This document shows, piece after piece, positions 1 through 12,662 of a stretch of DNA of 64,000 nt. The translations under genes were made by a program, and so were the position numbers. The notes under the pieces are model-generated. The model was not told the DNA's origin. It did not search any database and was given only the letters and a program-made list of their open reading frames with translations. Within the stretch, counting starts at the first letter, position 1; each line of letters opens with the position of its first letter. Origin of the DNA: the human T2T-CHM13v2.0 reference genome, Homo sapiens; the NCBI RefSeq assembly GCF_009914755.1, contig NC_060937.1; one strand, given 5' to 3'.

Positions 1-1389
1 GTTAAAAGAGTCTCTGAGAAACATTAGACATACCAATCCAAAGTCTTGTTCATACAGATTTGGTTTCGGAAGTAAGAAGTGAAAGTAGGGATTTGCATTT
101 TTAACAAACAAGCCAATGTCTTTCATGACCAGATATTCAGGTTTTCCAAACTGTGTGACTCAGTATAGAAATACAAAGATCGTTAGCTTCAATGACACTC
201 AGGAATTCAAGAAGAAGGAAAAGGTATTTTGAAAGCCATATATAAAGTTTATTTTAACTTTTATGTAGAAAATGTAGAAATAATAATTAGAACTCCTAAT
301 GATAAAGATGACCCATTACAAGACACCTGAAAATGTTTGACTGTCGCCAAGTGTACCTGTTTCAATAAATGAACATCTGTACTCTATGTTGTAGTAACTG
401 AAATAAGGTTTCAATATTTTCACTTTCTGGAATTAGACTCCCAACCCGTCTACAATATTTTACACACGTTTAGAAAACATAGTATATATAGAATTAAAGG
501 ACTGAATTAAGGAACCAAAAGTTTTCTGGTACTGAACTATTTGAAGGAACATTGTTTAGAACCTCTGAAACATTTCTTTAAGCAATCTCAGTGGTGAAAA
601 GTAGTCACAGAATTTTAACATAGATTTTTTTTTATACCAGACACTGTACTATATGCTTTACTTTTATCACTGCTTTTTTTTTCCTCTAAAAAATACTCTT
701 TTGGGGAGAAGAGCCTGCATGCCCCAAGGTTTCCTAAGTTAGTCCCAAGTGACCAGCAACACTGGTAAAATATCACATCTGAAAAAAATCTATGACCATT
801 CCATAACATAATATAATCATATATGAAATTTAAAATACCATTTAGATTATTTAATACCTAAACCTTAAAATAAGTTAAAATAAGTTTCAGTAAGATCAAT
901 AATATTTATATTGTGGCTTTCCAATATAAATTGTTTACCATCACAAACATCCTGGTTCACCACTCCATATCTCCATAGCCATAAAGAGTAATATTTCACA
1001 AATTCCTCTAATATTTAGAACAATTCCAATATGTCAGTGTCATTAGTCCCATTTAATGCATGAGAAAAATAAGTCTTAAAAAACAAGTCATTTTCCAAAG
1101 TCATATGCAAATAGGGCTTATAAAATCTATGATTTCAACCATTGTCCATTTGACCTTAAAGCCCATACTATTCCCATTAAACTTCTTGTCTTATGAAAAA
1201 GGAGCTTGATATTAGAAATAGTAAAAGATAACACACAAAGAAATGCATAAATGGTGAAAGATTTAGTTAAAAATACTGTTTTAATATGTTATAACTGTAA
1301 AAGAGCAAGACTTCATTTACTGCTTAATAATCAGCAAATATTATACCTTTAGTGGCTACAATGTACCCAGCACTCTAATAAGAACCAAG

Positions 1390-2079
1390 TGATAGCAGCA
1401 GGGGCAGACAAATGCCTAGGAAGACAGGGGCAGGTCCTCAGTGAAACCCAACCTCCAAGTCAAAGGCAGTTTAAAGCCTGAAAGCCAAGCTACAAGTCAA
1501 ATCCATGGACCAGATTGAGAACTTGTCTTCCCATTTGGTGCACTTGCCTCTGATTGATCCCCACCCTTCACCTATTTTACATATGTCTACCCTTTCCTAA
1601 TTGGTTTTCTACACTGCCATGCCTGCTTTTGAGTGAAGCCTTTTCTTTAGCCTTTCTTTGCATACTCACAAACCAATCAGCACACACTCCCTTATTCTAA
1701 GCCCATAAAAGCCCTAGACTCAGCCACACTGTTGGGAGAAATCTCCCCAGGCGTGGGGAACCACCCCAGCATCCTTTTCTGCTAAGAGCTGTTCCATCAC
1801 TCAATAAAGTCCTTCGCCACTCTCCTCACTCTTCAATTATCAGTGTATCCTCATTCTTCCTGGATGTGGGACAAGAGCTTGGAACCCACCAAATGTGAGC
1901 ACAGAGAAGCTTGTAACATCATGGCTGTCTGCCCTCTGCCAGTGGAGGGCAGCTGCCCCACTTGACAGAAACAGTGGTAGGGCTGAACCAGCCCCAAAGC
2001 CACCAGCCAAGGTGGGGCAAAGGCATTGCCAGCTAGGTGTCTCTGGCAGGCAAAAATGATCAAGAAAAGTCCTGTGTCA
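1390..2079 (+). mobile_element. Complete ERV1-class solo LTR (LTR27/LTR28/LTR1-like)
   Basis: TG...CA termini with 4-bp TSD CAAG (1386-1389 and 2080-2083). CCAAT at 1673, TATA-like CATAAAA at 1704, AATAAA at 1803. Subfamily is from recalled 5' consensus only. Confidence 0.85.
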
Positions 2080-2309
2080 CAAGGAGAGTAAGATACTGTT
2101 TTTAATTCCTAAAGAGTGAGTAAGTAACCCAATGATAATTTTTATGATAAATGTCCAGTATAAAGTACAGAATCTATACTCTATATTTGAAACTAAACAA
2201 ATTAAATGTATAGTCAAAGCCTGCCTCCATAAGTGGGTGAAATTCCTTGCATATGTTTTTATGGTTATCTAGCTGTGTCTTAATTTGACTAAAAAGTTGT
2301 GAACTATTG

Positions 2310-2809
2310 TGACAACTTATTATGATATGTCTCCTTTTCCTATATCTATAATCTTGAACTATAATGTGACTTTGTACCTCTTCTCATTAAAAGATGGAAT
2401 TGTCTTTAATACAGGTGGCTTTACAACTTGCTTTGGCCAAGATAACAGTAGCAAAATTGAAGTGGGAACATACTTGAAAATTGCTCCTGTGTTAAGCTTG
2501 CCATCTCACTGCCTGGGGAACTCTGATGTCATGTGAACAACCCTAGACAAGCCAGCTAGCGGATAACACACAGGAGACACTTCATCTACCCCAACCATCC
2601 CAGACCAAAATGTTATAAACCAGCCAGCCCCACATATTATTACCCTGTAGATGATAACAGCTGTGAAAGGATGAGGCCAAATAAGAACAACTGCCCATCT
2701 GAAACAAACCCAAAGTTTTTACTCACAAAGCATGAGTGAAATAACTGATTATTGTGTTAAGCCTTAAATTCTGGGGTAGATGTTTACACAGGACTAGATA
2801 ACTGATACA
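2310..2809 (+). mobile_element. MaLR LTR (MLT1F/G/H-like), diverged
   Basis: Typical MLT1 3' end 'ttattgtgttaagccttaaattctggggtagatgtttacaca...gataactgataca' and internal 'acttgctttggccaa'. Start approximate. Confidence 0.7.
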
Positions 2810-2929
2810 ACTGGAAAATAGAGAGTTCCTTCAGCATCCAAGTATTGACCATAAGAGAGAATGAGAAACAGCAGCTGGAAAGAGGGGGGGAAAATGATGA
2901 TATTTACATGTGAATGATTGACAGTAGAT

Positions 2930-3270
2930 GGAAGCAGAAAGTTCAGATATATCCTGCCTGATAAATTCTATTATCTGCATGAAATGAGAGGTTGGGTCTT
3001 CTGAGAATCAGGTGGTGAGATAGTGAGATGCATGAGAGTAATAAAAGTTTGAAATATATCTTGAGGGAAAGGGAAACAGAGATGACAAGGGACTCTTGAA
3101 AATGCTTAATGTCCTACTGAATTCAGGGAATCTGAAATTGTTGGGGGATTTGTCATAGATTAACATGAGCCATTCCCTAGAAGTTATTACACTTTTGAAG
3201 TCCCAGAGAAAGTAAAAAGGAAGACAGCTAGCAGAATCTAGGGGTCTTACTTCAGCAAATATTATACCCC
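2930..3270 (-). mobile_element. Old L2 fragment
   Basis: Purine-rich degenerate similarity to antisense L2. Boundaries uncertain. Confidence 0.35.
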
Positions 3271-3629
3271 CAAGCAATTGAATTCAGTGAAAATCTGAGT
3301 CCATAATTTGGCTCAAAAAGAGAAATCTTTAAAATGATTTCCTAAACCAAAAACTAAACTCCTATCAATATCCCTGTGTACAGCCATCAGATATCACCCA
3401 CTGGCAAACAGGGAAGAATTTTGAGAGGAGGTTATTAGTTGAGACTATTTTTGAGATGGTTCTGAATTCTTATTACCCAATAGCTTTTATCTATAGTATT
3501 CTAAGTAAAACAGCCAGACCTTTAATAACAAACACAATCACTCCCATATAATATTCTAACTGAGATTTTGGACTAGCATTACTGACATTTAAATATACTT
3601 ATGTGATTCTATAGCTGAGAGTGAGACAT

Positions 3630-3878
3630 CAAACTCATATGAGCAGAGAGTAGAATGGTGTTTATTAGAGACTGGAGGTGGGGGAATGCGGAGATGTTGG
3701 CCAAAGGGTACAAAGTTGCAGTTAGATAGAAGAAATACGTGACAAATATTTAAGGTAATGGATATGTTAATTAGCTTGATTCAATCATTCCACACTGTAT
3801 ACATACAACATAACATCACTGTGTACCCCATAATTTTTTATAATTGTAATTTGTCAAAAAATAAAATAATAAAAAAGA
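3630..3878 (+). mobile_element. L1MA/L1MB 3' end, 5'-truncated
   Basis: 'gcagagagtagaatggtg...gagatgttggccaaagggtacaaagttgcagttagata...ggatatgttaattagcttgat' followed by an A-rich tail. Confidence 0.85.
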
Positions 3879-4409
3879 AACTCCCATCCTTAATATGAAT
3901 ATTCTAATTCAATTTCCTGGGAATAAAAAGGAAATAATTTTTACAAATCTCTGGCTAGTCAACCTCAAGGATTAGGTAATCACTCTTCTCCCACATGATC
4001 AAAACAAAATTTCCTAGGTTTCAGACCTCCCTTTAATTACAATGCAGGATCAATAAATATCATTAACACTATAATGCATCATCTATTTTCTTCTTATTGA
4101 CTCTTTTCTTTTCCTTCCTTCCTTTCAGTCCTTCTTTTTATGAATTTTATTTAATGCTTCCATGTGACTAAAAATAATCTTTTGCCAAAAGTTTAAATGT
4201 AATTAGATAGTTTTGTTGCCATATTATGTCCATCTTAGTCATTCTTTACCACATTATTCTATTTTGTTCATGAAAATCAAATTAGTCGATATTTTTGTTA
4301 AACAGCATTTTTCATGGTTTAAAAACTGTATCAGTTGCTATTACTGATAGTAGTAGTCCTTACTACGAAATATTAGTTTTAGTTAGTTATTTTTGTATTT
4401 GTTAATCAT

Positions 4410-4530
4410 CTTGCAAGCTAGGACAAGAGCCTGATGAAATAAAAGATTATCTGTCTTACTCATTGCTGTCACCTACACCTAAAAGAGTGCCTAGCATATT
4501 TTAAATGTTCAATAACTAATTGTTGGAAAA
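4410..4530 (+). mobile_element. L2 3' terminal fragment
   Basis: 'gtgcctagcata...tgttcaataactaattgttg' matches the L2 3' end motif. Confidence 0.55.
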
Positions 4531-4761
4531 ACAAATGTCACTGTATACCTCAAAGTTTCATGGCAAAAATAAATACTGATGTGTAGTAAATTGTAAACTA
4601 AAAAACCTATTTCTAAAAGATAGAAAAAAGTTAACTTCTGAGTTCAATTTTGAACAAAGCGGAAAAGTGTGCATAGCATATACATATTTGTAATTCATAC
4701 ACTAATATTGAATGTAATTCCACAAAAGTTTTCTAAGAGTATTTTGAGCAATAACAACATA

Positions 4762-5056
4762 TTTTTTTGAGATGGAGTCTTGCTCTTTTGCCGAGGCTGT
4801 AGTGCAGTGGTGCCACCTGGGATCTCTGCTCACTGTAGTCTCCACTTCCTGGGTTCAAGCAATTCTTCTGCCTGGGTCTTCCAAGTAGCTGGAATTACAG
4901 GCATCCAGCACCATGTCCGGCTGATTTTTGTATTCATAATAGAGACCAGGTTTCTCCATGTTGGCCAAGCTGGTCTCAAACTCCGACCTCAAGTGATCCT
5001 CCCACCTCAGCCTCCCAAAGTGTTGGGATTACAGGCGTGAGCCAACGCACCCAGCA
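4762..5056 (-). mobile_element. Alu (AluS-like)
   Basis: Antisense Alu dimer from T-tract/'gagatggagtcttgctc' to 'gccaacgcacccagc'. TSD 'aacaacat' on both sides. Confidence 0.95.
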
Positions 5057-5404
5057 ACAACATTCTTGTAATAAAGATAAAGCCTCTAAGTAGGCACAAT
5101 TGAAAGAAAGCCCACAATTCTATTGTATATGTGTTAATTTTCTAGTTATAGTGGGACATCAGTAGTAGTTGATAAATTCATAATGTATACCTATTTACAG
5201 AATGTTTATGATTTCTCAAATATTTGTATGTTTTTTGCATATGTTACAGAATTTAATTTTTACAACAGTCTTCCATTTTATAATAGCTATATATGTATAC
5301 ACACACACACATTTATATACATATGTTGTTTTTCAAGTATAGCATTTTTTTCAACTTAGGGTTGTTTTATTTTTTTTAACCTATTGTTTCTTATGCCAAA
5401 AAAG

Positions 5405-5700
5405 CTTCTCTTCCACATATTCTCATGATTTGCTCCCTCACTTTATTCAAGTCATTGTTCAAATATGACTTCCTCAGAGAGCTTTTCTTGATTACCCACC
5501 TACAACATGTCCAATGCTATTTCTTACATGATATTTCTTGCAATGATTTGTTGTATGATATTTCTTGTATGATGCAATGAGAATATAATATTAAATACCT
5601 GAGGAGTGAAACTATCTTTCTCCTGCTCAACTGTTTCCGCAGCAGCTAAATCAGTGATCAACAAAGAGTAGATGCTCAATAAATATTGGTTGAAATATGG
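5405..5700 (+). mobile_element. L2 3' region
   Basis: 'tgctccctcactttattcaagtc...tcctcagagagcttttcttgattacc' and terminal 'gatgctcaataaatattggttgaa'. Confidence 0.7.
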
Positions 5701-5849
5701 AATAAAATAAGTTAGTGAAAAGCTGGGACACAGAAAGCTTTGGTTTGGACATAGAAAGTTTGGTTTTTGAATGCTCTCTATCAACTACTTGATAGAAGAG
5801 TCTGTCTTCTACCAACCTACGTGTATCTATCTATCTGTACTCACATTCT

Positions 5850-6130
5850 TACATTTTGCGATTCCAATGGACTTGGTATTTCCTGAACCAACCGTTCTGC
5901 TTTGAATATTACATACTTCATCTTTCTCGTAGACTTTGCTTTGGCAGTTATCAATTATCTCTCTGGCATCTTCATATTGAAATTCTTCCCTCCCTTAATC
6001 ATTACCATCAATGACAATACATTACCATTATTCAAACAGTCTCTCACAGAAGTTTAAAAGTCTTCAATGACTCCTCATTCTATTTCAGTTATTTAGCCAT
6101 TTATCTGATTTCCTTCAAAGCAAAACTTTT
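5850..6130 (+). mobile_element. L2 internal fragment
   Basis: Degenerate match to L2 ORF2 region ('agactttgct...caattatctctctggcatcttca...ttccttcaaagcaaaactt'). Confidence 0.45.
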
Positions 6131-6179
6131 CTTCACAGCTCCTCCTAATACGAAATAGAATCCGATTAATTCCACTCAA

Positions 6180-6270
6180 ATGTCAGCCTCCAGAAATGTG
6201 AGAAATAAATTTCTGTTGTTTTTAAGCCCCCAAATATATGGTATTTTTTACAGCATCCTGAAACAAGACA
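6180..6270 (+). mobile_element. MLT1 LTR 3' fragment
   Basis: 'cagcctccagaaatgtgagaaataaatttctgttgtttttaagcc...aagaca'. Confidence 0.75.
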
Positions 6271-7688
6271 ACATTTTAAAAACTGAAACACTCAATGTAA
6301 TATAAGGGGAAAAACCCAAGAATGTAAATTAGGGAATTGAACCATTGCCAGGCTAAACACCTCAAGAAAAATCTGAAAGATGTAGTTTGGATTAAACCAA
6401 TTGAAGACAGGTTTAGAAGATGGATTTATCCTTCTCCCTTCTGGAAAAAGAAGTATCACTGAAGATTAAGAGGTCACCTTGGAAGGTTAAAAAAGAAAAA
6501 AGAAAGAAAGACAATGCAATCCAATAACTATATCTTACTGGGAATTCCAAGTAATGGAGGCTTTACCCAGTGATGAAGCATCTGTGGACCTACCACTTAT
6601 ACATATACTCATTCTTTGTCAGAGATAAGGAGCATGAAAAACAGCGAGACTGTTTCTGGTTCATTTAGGAACTATAGCCAAAAGAAAAAGAAATAGAAGA
6701 GCACGATTCTCTCTGACAGAGCTGGCAGCAGCACACAGCCATACCAATTATCTTGAGCAGAAGCCAGATTCAAATGAAAGTTATATAGATAAAAAAGGTA
6801 GCACCTTAAAATGCCATAAGAAAGAAAAAATGTTAACAAAGCATTTCCTCTCAAGATTGCCTTCTCTATCTATAATTGCTCTCAAGTTGATCAATGACAA
6901 AATAATGGTAATATATTTGTGCTTACCAGCCATTCAGTTTAACTTTTCATAAGGGATCTATATAGTGAATTTCACCAAGGCCCAGATAGATTCATCCTTT
7001 TAAATGATAAAAACAAATTTTTAAAAGGATGGAACTTTGAAAATATTCTTTAATATGAGAAAAACTTTAAATTTGTGATGAAACTGGAAATTTTATTTGA
7101 AAGATATTTATTATTAGAGGTAGAACAACAATTTAAAAGGAACTTTTAAAACGGGGTCTTTTGTGGACATGGGACAATTAAAAAATATAAAATTGTAAAA
7201 GCAAATATCAGAAGATAGGAGATAGGATAGCAGATTGGGTTGATAAGGTAATAGTCTAAAGCATTCCTTGATAAGTCATTATGAGTAAGGAGGCTAATAT
7301 TTTGGTGGAGAAAGTTTAATATAGTCAAATATAAAAGGAACATCACTGAAACATTAAAAAATGAAAAATGTAGGAGAGTGTAAAAAAATCCCTAAGATAG
7401 ACAAGAAAAGAACAAAGGGATTAATGTACAAAATAATTTAAAATAAAGATGATAAAAGATAAAAAAAATTTTACTTACAGTTAATTTTTCTTATGAGAGA
7501 GCCAAACAAATATTATGCATGCAGTGAATAAGATAGAATAAAAAGAAAAATAAGATAAAGGAAATTTTATCTCTCAGTCAAGGGTCAGCACATAAAATTA
7601 AAGAAAGGGGATATTTTATAATGAAATACTCTATTTTAAAAGCAAAAAAAATCATCTAAGTAAAATTAAAGCTTACTGCAAAGGTACT

Positions 7689-7968
7689 TGTCTTACTCTA
7701 GATGTTGTAACAAAATATCATAAACTTGGTAACTTATAAAATATATGAATCTATTTCTCATGTTTCTAGGGGCTGGGAATCCAAGACTAAGGCAGATTCA
7801 GTGTCTGATTAGAGTCCACTTTCTCACAAATGGCACCTTCTTGCTTTGCCTTCACGTGATGGAAGGATTAAACTAGCCTGCTTGGGTTCATGTTATTAGG
7901 ATCCTAGTCCCAGTCATGAGGGCTCTGCTCTCATGACCTAATCATCACCCAAGTGCCCCACCTCCTAA
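7689..7968 (-). mobile_element. MaLR LTR (MLT1A/MST-like), partial
   Basis: 'taacaaaatatcataaacttggtaacttataaa...ggctgggaatccaagactaaggcagattcagtgtctg...catgagggctctgctctcatgacctaatca'. Confidence 0.85.
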
Positions 7969-8959
7969 GGGCATTTAGACAAAAGATAAGTATTTTTTTA
8001 AAAATACTTTTAATCAATACAAAAGCCAAATCAGTTGAACGTTTATTTTAAGATAATTATTTTAATATAGTTATCATTTTAATCATTGTATTTAATTGGT
8101 CTCCAAACTGCAATTACATCTTATTTAGATGAAGAAAACAATAAGAATTAATTTTCATTTTTTTTTAATTTTGGATGAAGTGATAAAAAAATTTGTAGTT
8201 GCAAATACTATAACATCTATTTCAAAGAAACAGGGACATTAATGAACTAAACATTCTCCTCAGTAAGTAACAAATAGAACTCAAAACAAATCAAGGGTCA
8301 TCTGATGGAATTATTGAGAATAATAAAGCAGGAATCTAAACACTTAAAAAGAAAATCAATGCAAGTTAGTCAAAATAGAGTTATTTTTAATGAAATAATG
8401 AATAACAAAATATGTCCATTTATGATGTTCTTTATATTTACTATTCTATTTCTCTGGGGTTTTTTCCATTGATTTTTTTTCTGTTTCTTCTTAATTATTA
8501 CAATATAAAGAGTTTTATACATATTGACTTGATATATGAATAAATAACTTATAATTATGTAAAATATAATTTATATTTGTGTCATACATCTTAATGGATT
8601 TTTTATTTTTAATAGGTTTTGAGTGTCTAGCTGGCTCTTTTTTTATTTATACATAGAGATAGTACTGCTGAAAATATAGCAAAGCAAGCAGCAGGCATTC
8701 AATAAATGTTAGCTAATAGACTTCTTCATCATCATCGTTATCACCATCTTTTGTCAATGAGTAATCCAATTTGGTTCCCAAGAAATTCCTAATGAAGGGA
8801 GAAACTGTCTGTATCATGGTTAAAATAATGATTTTCTAGACAGACTGATATCCATGTGCCTTATGAGAATGTACTGTGAAAATCCACAGAATTGAGATAA
8901 ATCTGGTTGATAATGACCATTGTGGGAACATAAACCCAGGGATTGAATCTCACGTTAAT

Positions 8960-9200
8960 AGGACAGTAGAATCTAAGAAATTTGCCAAATTATTAAATGT
9001 GAAAGAGGTGGAGGAGAAGTAGGTAATATTTTGAACTGGGAAGTTGGTAACACTACATTGCTATGAATTTAAATAAGAAAGTAGTAAGATGGAGCTAATT
9101 TAGTAGGAATTGGAAAATGATAAATTAATTTTGAAATTTTTGAATTTGAATTTTTCTTCTTAATTAACCTAGGTAAATATACTCTCATAATATTGAAACT
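8960..9200 (-). mobile_element. Old L2 fragment
   Basis: Degenerate antisense L2 motifs ('gacagtagaatctaagaaatttg...aaatgataaattaattttgaaatttttgaatttga'). Confidence 0.4.
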
Positions 9201-9377
9201 CTGAGTTTTAAAAATTGTAAAAAAATTGTCAGAATAATTATAAATGCAATGACAGAATGAGGAGTCCTTTGAGGATAAAAGACAGGGCATAAATTATCAT
9301 GCAAGAATATAAACTTTAAAGTGATATGTTTACATGAGCTTTTTGTCCCCTAAGAAATAAACTGTTCTGGCAAAGAC

Positions 9378-9680
9378 TTCATAGTCCAACAATATGGCAT
9401 ATTCTTAACTATTCGAGAATTATATCAGAGTATAAAACTTTGGCATGCCTAAAAGTATTTGGAAATGCCATCAGAGCCTGAAAATTTGGCTAGTCATTGG
9501 TTACTGGAAACTGTATCATAGCTAGGAAATACGGCCTCCTCCTGTATATATAGAAATTAAATCAGAGCCTAACAACTTGGCATATCCAAAATGATCTTGG
9601 AATGTTACCACAGTAGAGTGATTTGGAACAACTTTAAGTATCTGGAATGCCATCCCTGTCCAAAAGCTTGATATTGCACC
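9378..9680. repeat. Degenerate tandem array, period 45-46 bp, about 6.5 units
   Basis: ATCAGAG-like anchor recurs at 9378, 9424, 9470, 9515, 9561, 9607 and 9652. Each unit carries a TTGGC-like and a (T)GGAAT/GGAAAT-like motif at fixed offsets. Confidence 0.7.
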
Positions 9681-9784
9681 ATACTCATCACTTTCAAAAT
9701 ATGTTCTGTGATAACATTTATAAATGCCCTTGACATTTTAAGACTCCACAATTCTAGATAATTTCATATTTTACATAATCTATA

Positions 9785-9900
9785 AAGATCACGATTGCTT
9801 AGTTTATCCATCCTACTAGGATAATTTTGAAAGTAAAAGGAAAGGAGCACTGTAATCCTGGGAAAGTAGGCGAAAATTGGGACTGTTATGGGCAAATTTT
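9785..9900. mobile_element. Possible hAT-Blackjack MITE relic (MER94/MER81-like)
   Basis: 'tttatccatcctactaggataattttgaaagtaaaagg...aattgggactgttatgggcaaa' resembles the recalled MER94 consensus. Confidence 0.35.
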
Positions 9901-9934
9901 TTAGTATGTGGAATGGATCTTAATGTATAGTCAT

Positions 9935-10400
9935 AATATTACGACACAGTAGCGAATGACAGAAATCCACCTCACCTTTAGAGTTACTAATTTAAACACA
10001 AAGGAGAAAAAAAAGAAAAATGTCTTGGCTTACAATACCAGCCAGTCCACTTCCACCCCCATCAATAAAGAGTTTGGGGCAGATAGAGGTAGTACTAATA
10101 TATACTACGAATTTCTATCCTGGGATGCAGGATCCACTTGTGTTTGCATGACAATTACACTCATGCCAGAAAGCCCATGAGGTTGAAAAGTGCTTCCACA
10201 TGCTGATTTGGATTCACATCCTTTGACCCTACAAATCTGAGAGGAAAAAAAAAAAAAAAAGAGGTATTCTCCAGATCCAATTATTTCTGTGAAAGACTTG
10301 TGGGTGTGTGTTATTAATCATGGCTGGGAGGGTAGAATAGATATTTTGACCCTGTCTTGGTTGCATGCCTGTTTTTTCAGTAAAGGTGCAAAGTATATTT
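9935..10400 (-). mobile_element. Old MaLR LTR (MLT1J/K/L-like)
   Basis: 'gcgaatgacagaaatccacctcacc...aatgtcttggcttacaatacc' matches the antisense 3' end. Right boundary approximate. Confidence 0.5.
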
Positions 10401-10530
10401 TAGAAGAGTGCCTGGGAAGGAAGACTTAAAAAAAACAGCTACTAATGTCATTTACTTATTTAAAAGCAATATGGCATAGCATAGATAAGCAGGGGTTTTT
10501 TTCTGATTTGAGAGTAAGTTTTTATTCTTC

Positions 10531-10905
10531 CTTTTTTTAAAAATATGTTTGTTTCCACAGGTTTCTGGGGAACAGGTGGTATTTGGCTACACGCATAAGT
10601 TCTTTAGCGGTGATTTGTGAGATTTTGGTGCACCCATAACCTGAGCAATATATACTGAACCCAGTCTGTAGTCTTTTATTTCTCACCCCCTTCCCAACCT
10701 TTCCACCTGAGTTGCCAAAGGCCATTGTGTCATTCTTAAGCCTTTGCATCCTCATAGCTTAGCTCCCACTTATGAGTCAGAACATATGATGTTTGGTTTT
10801 CCATTTCTGAGTTACTTCACTTAGAATAATAGTCTCCAATCTCATCCAGATTGCTGTGAATGCCATTAATTTATTTCTTTTAATGGCTGAGTAGCATTCC
10901 ATTGT
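10531..10905 (-). mobile_element. L1PB1-like 3' end
   Basis: T-tract then 'ggggaacaggtggtatttgg...gattttggtgcacccata...agctcccacttatgagt', ending in a (TG)/(TA) microsatellite. Confidence 0.9.
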
Positions 10906-10946
10906 GTGTGTCTGTGTGTGTGTATACATGTATATATATACATATA

Positions 10947-11439
10947 TGAATACATAGACTGTTTTGTGCAGCATGGTCATGTTGATGACATTGATTCTTA
11001 CAATCTATGAGCATGGGAAGTTTTTCCATTTGTTTTTATCATTTATGATGCCTTTCATAAGTGTTTTATAGTTCTCCTTTTAGAGATCTTTCACATCCTT
11101 GCTTAAATGTGTTCCTAGGTATTTTAATTTTGTTGCAATTATTATAAATGAAATTGAGTTATTGATTTGATTCTCATATTCATCATTGTTGGTATATAGA
11201 AATGATAATGAATTTTATACATGGATTTTGTATCCTGAAATGTTACAGAAGTAATTTACCAAATCCAGGAATGTTTTAGAGGACCATTTAGAGTTTTTAG
11301 AAATAAGATCATGTCGTCAATAAACATAGATAAGTTGACTTATTTTCCAATTAGTGTGCCCTTTATTTCTTTCTCTTTGATTGCTTTAGCTATGACTTCC
11401 AGTACTATATTGCATAAGAGTGATGAACATGGGCATCTT
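10947..11439 (-). mobile_element. L1 ORF2 (RT region) segment, inverted relative to the adjacent + strand L1
   Basis: Antisense ORF2 sequence from 'gcagcatggtcat' to 'gggcatctt'. Confidence 0.9.
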
Positions 11440-11465
11440 TAAATTATCTGACTTCAAATTACACT

Positions 11466-11555
11466 GAAATAATATGTACAACAACCCCCCAGGACATGTG
11501 CTTACCTATGTATCAAACCTTTACTTCTACCCCCAAACCTAAAATAAAAGTTAAA
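11466..11555 (+). mobile_element. ~90-bp L1PA 3' terminal insertion nested in L1PB
   Basis: 'tgaaataatatgtacaacaaccccc...aacctaaaataaaagttaaaa' flanked by TSD aaatta(c/t)act (11456-11465 and 11556-11565). Confidence 0.85.
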
Positions 11556-12581
11556 AAATTATACTACAAGGTTATAGTAACCAAAACAGCATGGTGCTGG
11601 GATAAAAATAGACACATGGATAAATGAAACAAGATAGGAACATAGAAATAAAGCCACATACTACAACCAACTGATCTTCAACAAAGTCAACAAAAACATG
11701 CACTGGAAAATAAGATACACTATTCAATAAATGGTGCTGGGAAAATTGTATAGCCATATGCAGAAAAATAAAACTGGACCAATATATCTTAACCATATAC
11801 AAAAATTAACTCAAGATAAAAGTTAGATAACCTGAAATTATAAAATTCCTAGAGGAAAACATAAGAGTAACTCTTCTAGATATAGATCTAGGCAAAGAAA
11901 ATTTATAACTAAGTCTTCAAAAACAATGCAACAAAACCAAAACAGAAAAATGAGATTTAATTAAACTAAAAAGCTTCTGCACAGCCAAATAAATGATTAA
12001 GTAAAAAGGCAAGCTGCAGGATGGGAAAAATGCTTGCAAACTATTCATCCAACAAAGAGCTAATATACAGAATCTACAAGGAACTCAAATAATTCAACAA
12101 GGAAAAATCTACCCTATTAAAAAGTGTGCAAATGACATAAGCAGATAGTTTTCCAAAGCATACATACAGCCAAAAAATCATGAAAGAATGCTCAACATCA
12201 TTAATTATCAAAGAAATACAAATCAAAACCACAATGATACCATCTCATACTGGTGAGACTGGGTATTACTAAAAAGTCAAAAAACAACAGATGTGAGGAT
12301 ATGGAGAAAAGGGAATGCTTATATACTGCTTGTGGGAATATAAACTAGTACAACCCTTATGGAAAACAGTATGGAGATTTCTCAAAGAACTAAAAAATGA
12401 ACTACCATTTAATCCAGCAATTCCAGTACTGGGTATATACTCAAATAAAAAGAAGCAATTATATCAAAAGATACCTGCACTTGTATGCTTATTGCAACAC
12501 AATTCACAATAGCTGTGTCATAGAATCAAATCAACCTAAGTGTCCATCAACCAATGAGTGGATAAAAAAATTTTTTAATGT

Positions 12582-12584
<3 letters not shown>

Positions 12585-12620
<36 letters not shown>

Positions 12621-12662
12621 TACATATATCTATATATGTGTATATATATGTGTGTATATATA
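12585..12662. repeat. (TA)n/(CA)/(TG) microsatellite within L1
   Basis: Read directly from sequence. Confidence 0.95.

Noticed and set aside
9378-9680. Regularly spaced motifs with variable intervals, superficially CRISPR-like
   Set aside because: Primate DNA, no identical direct repeats, the intervals are themselves related, and there are no cas genes.
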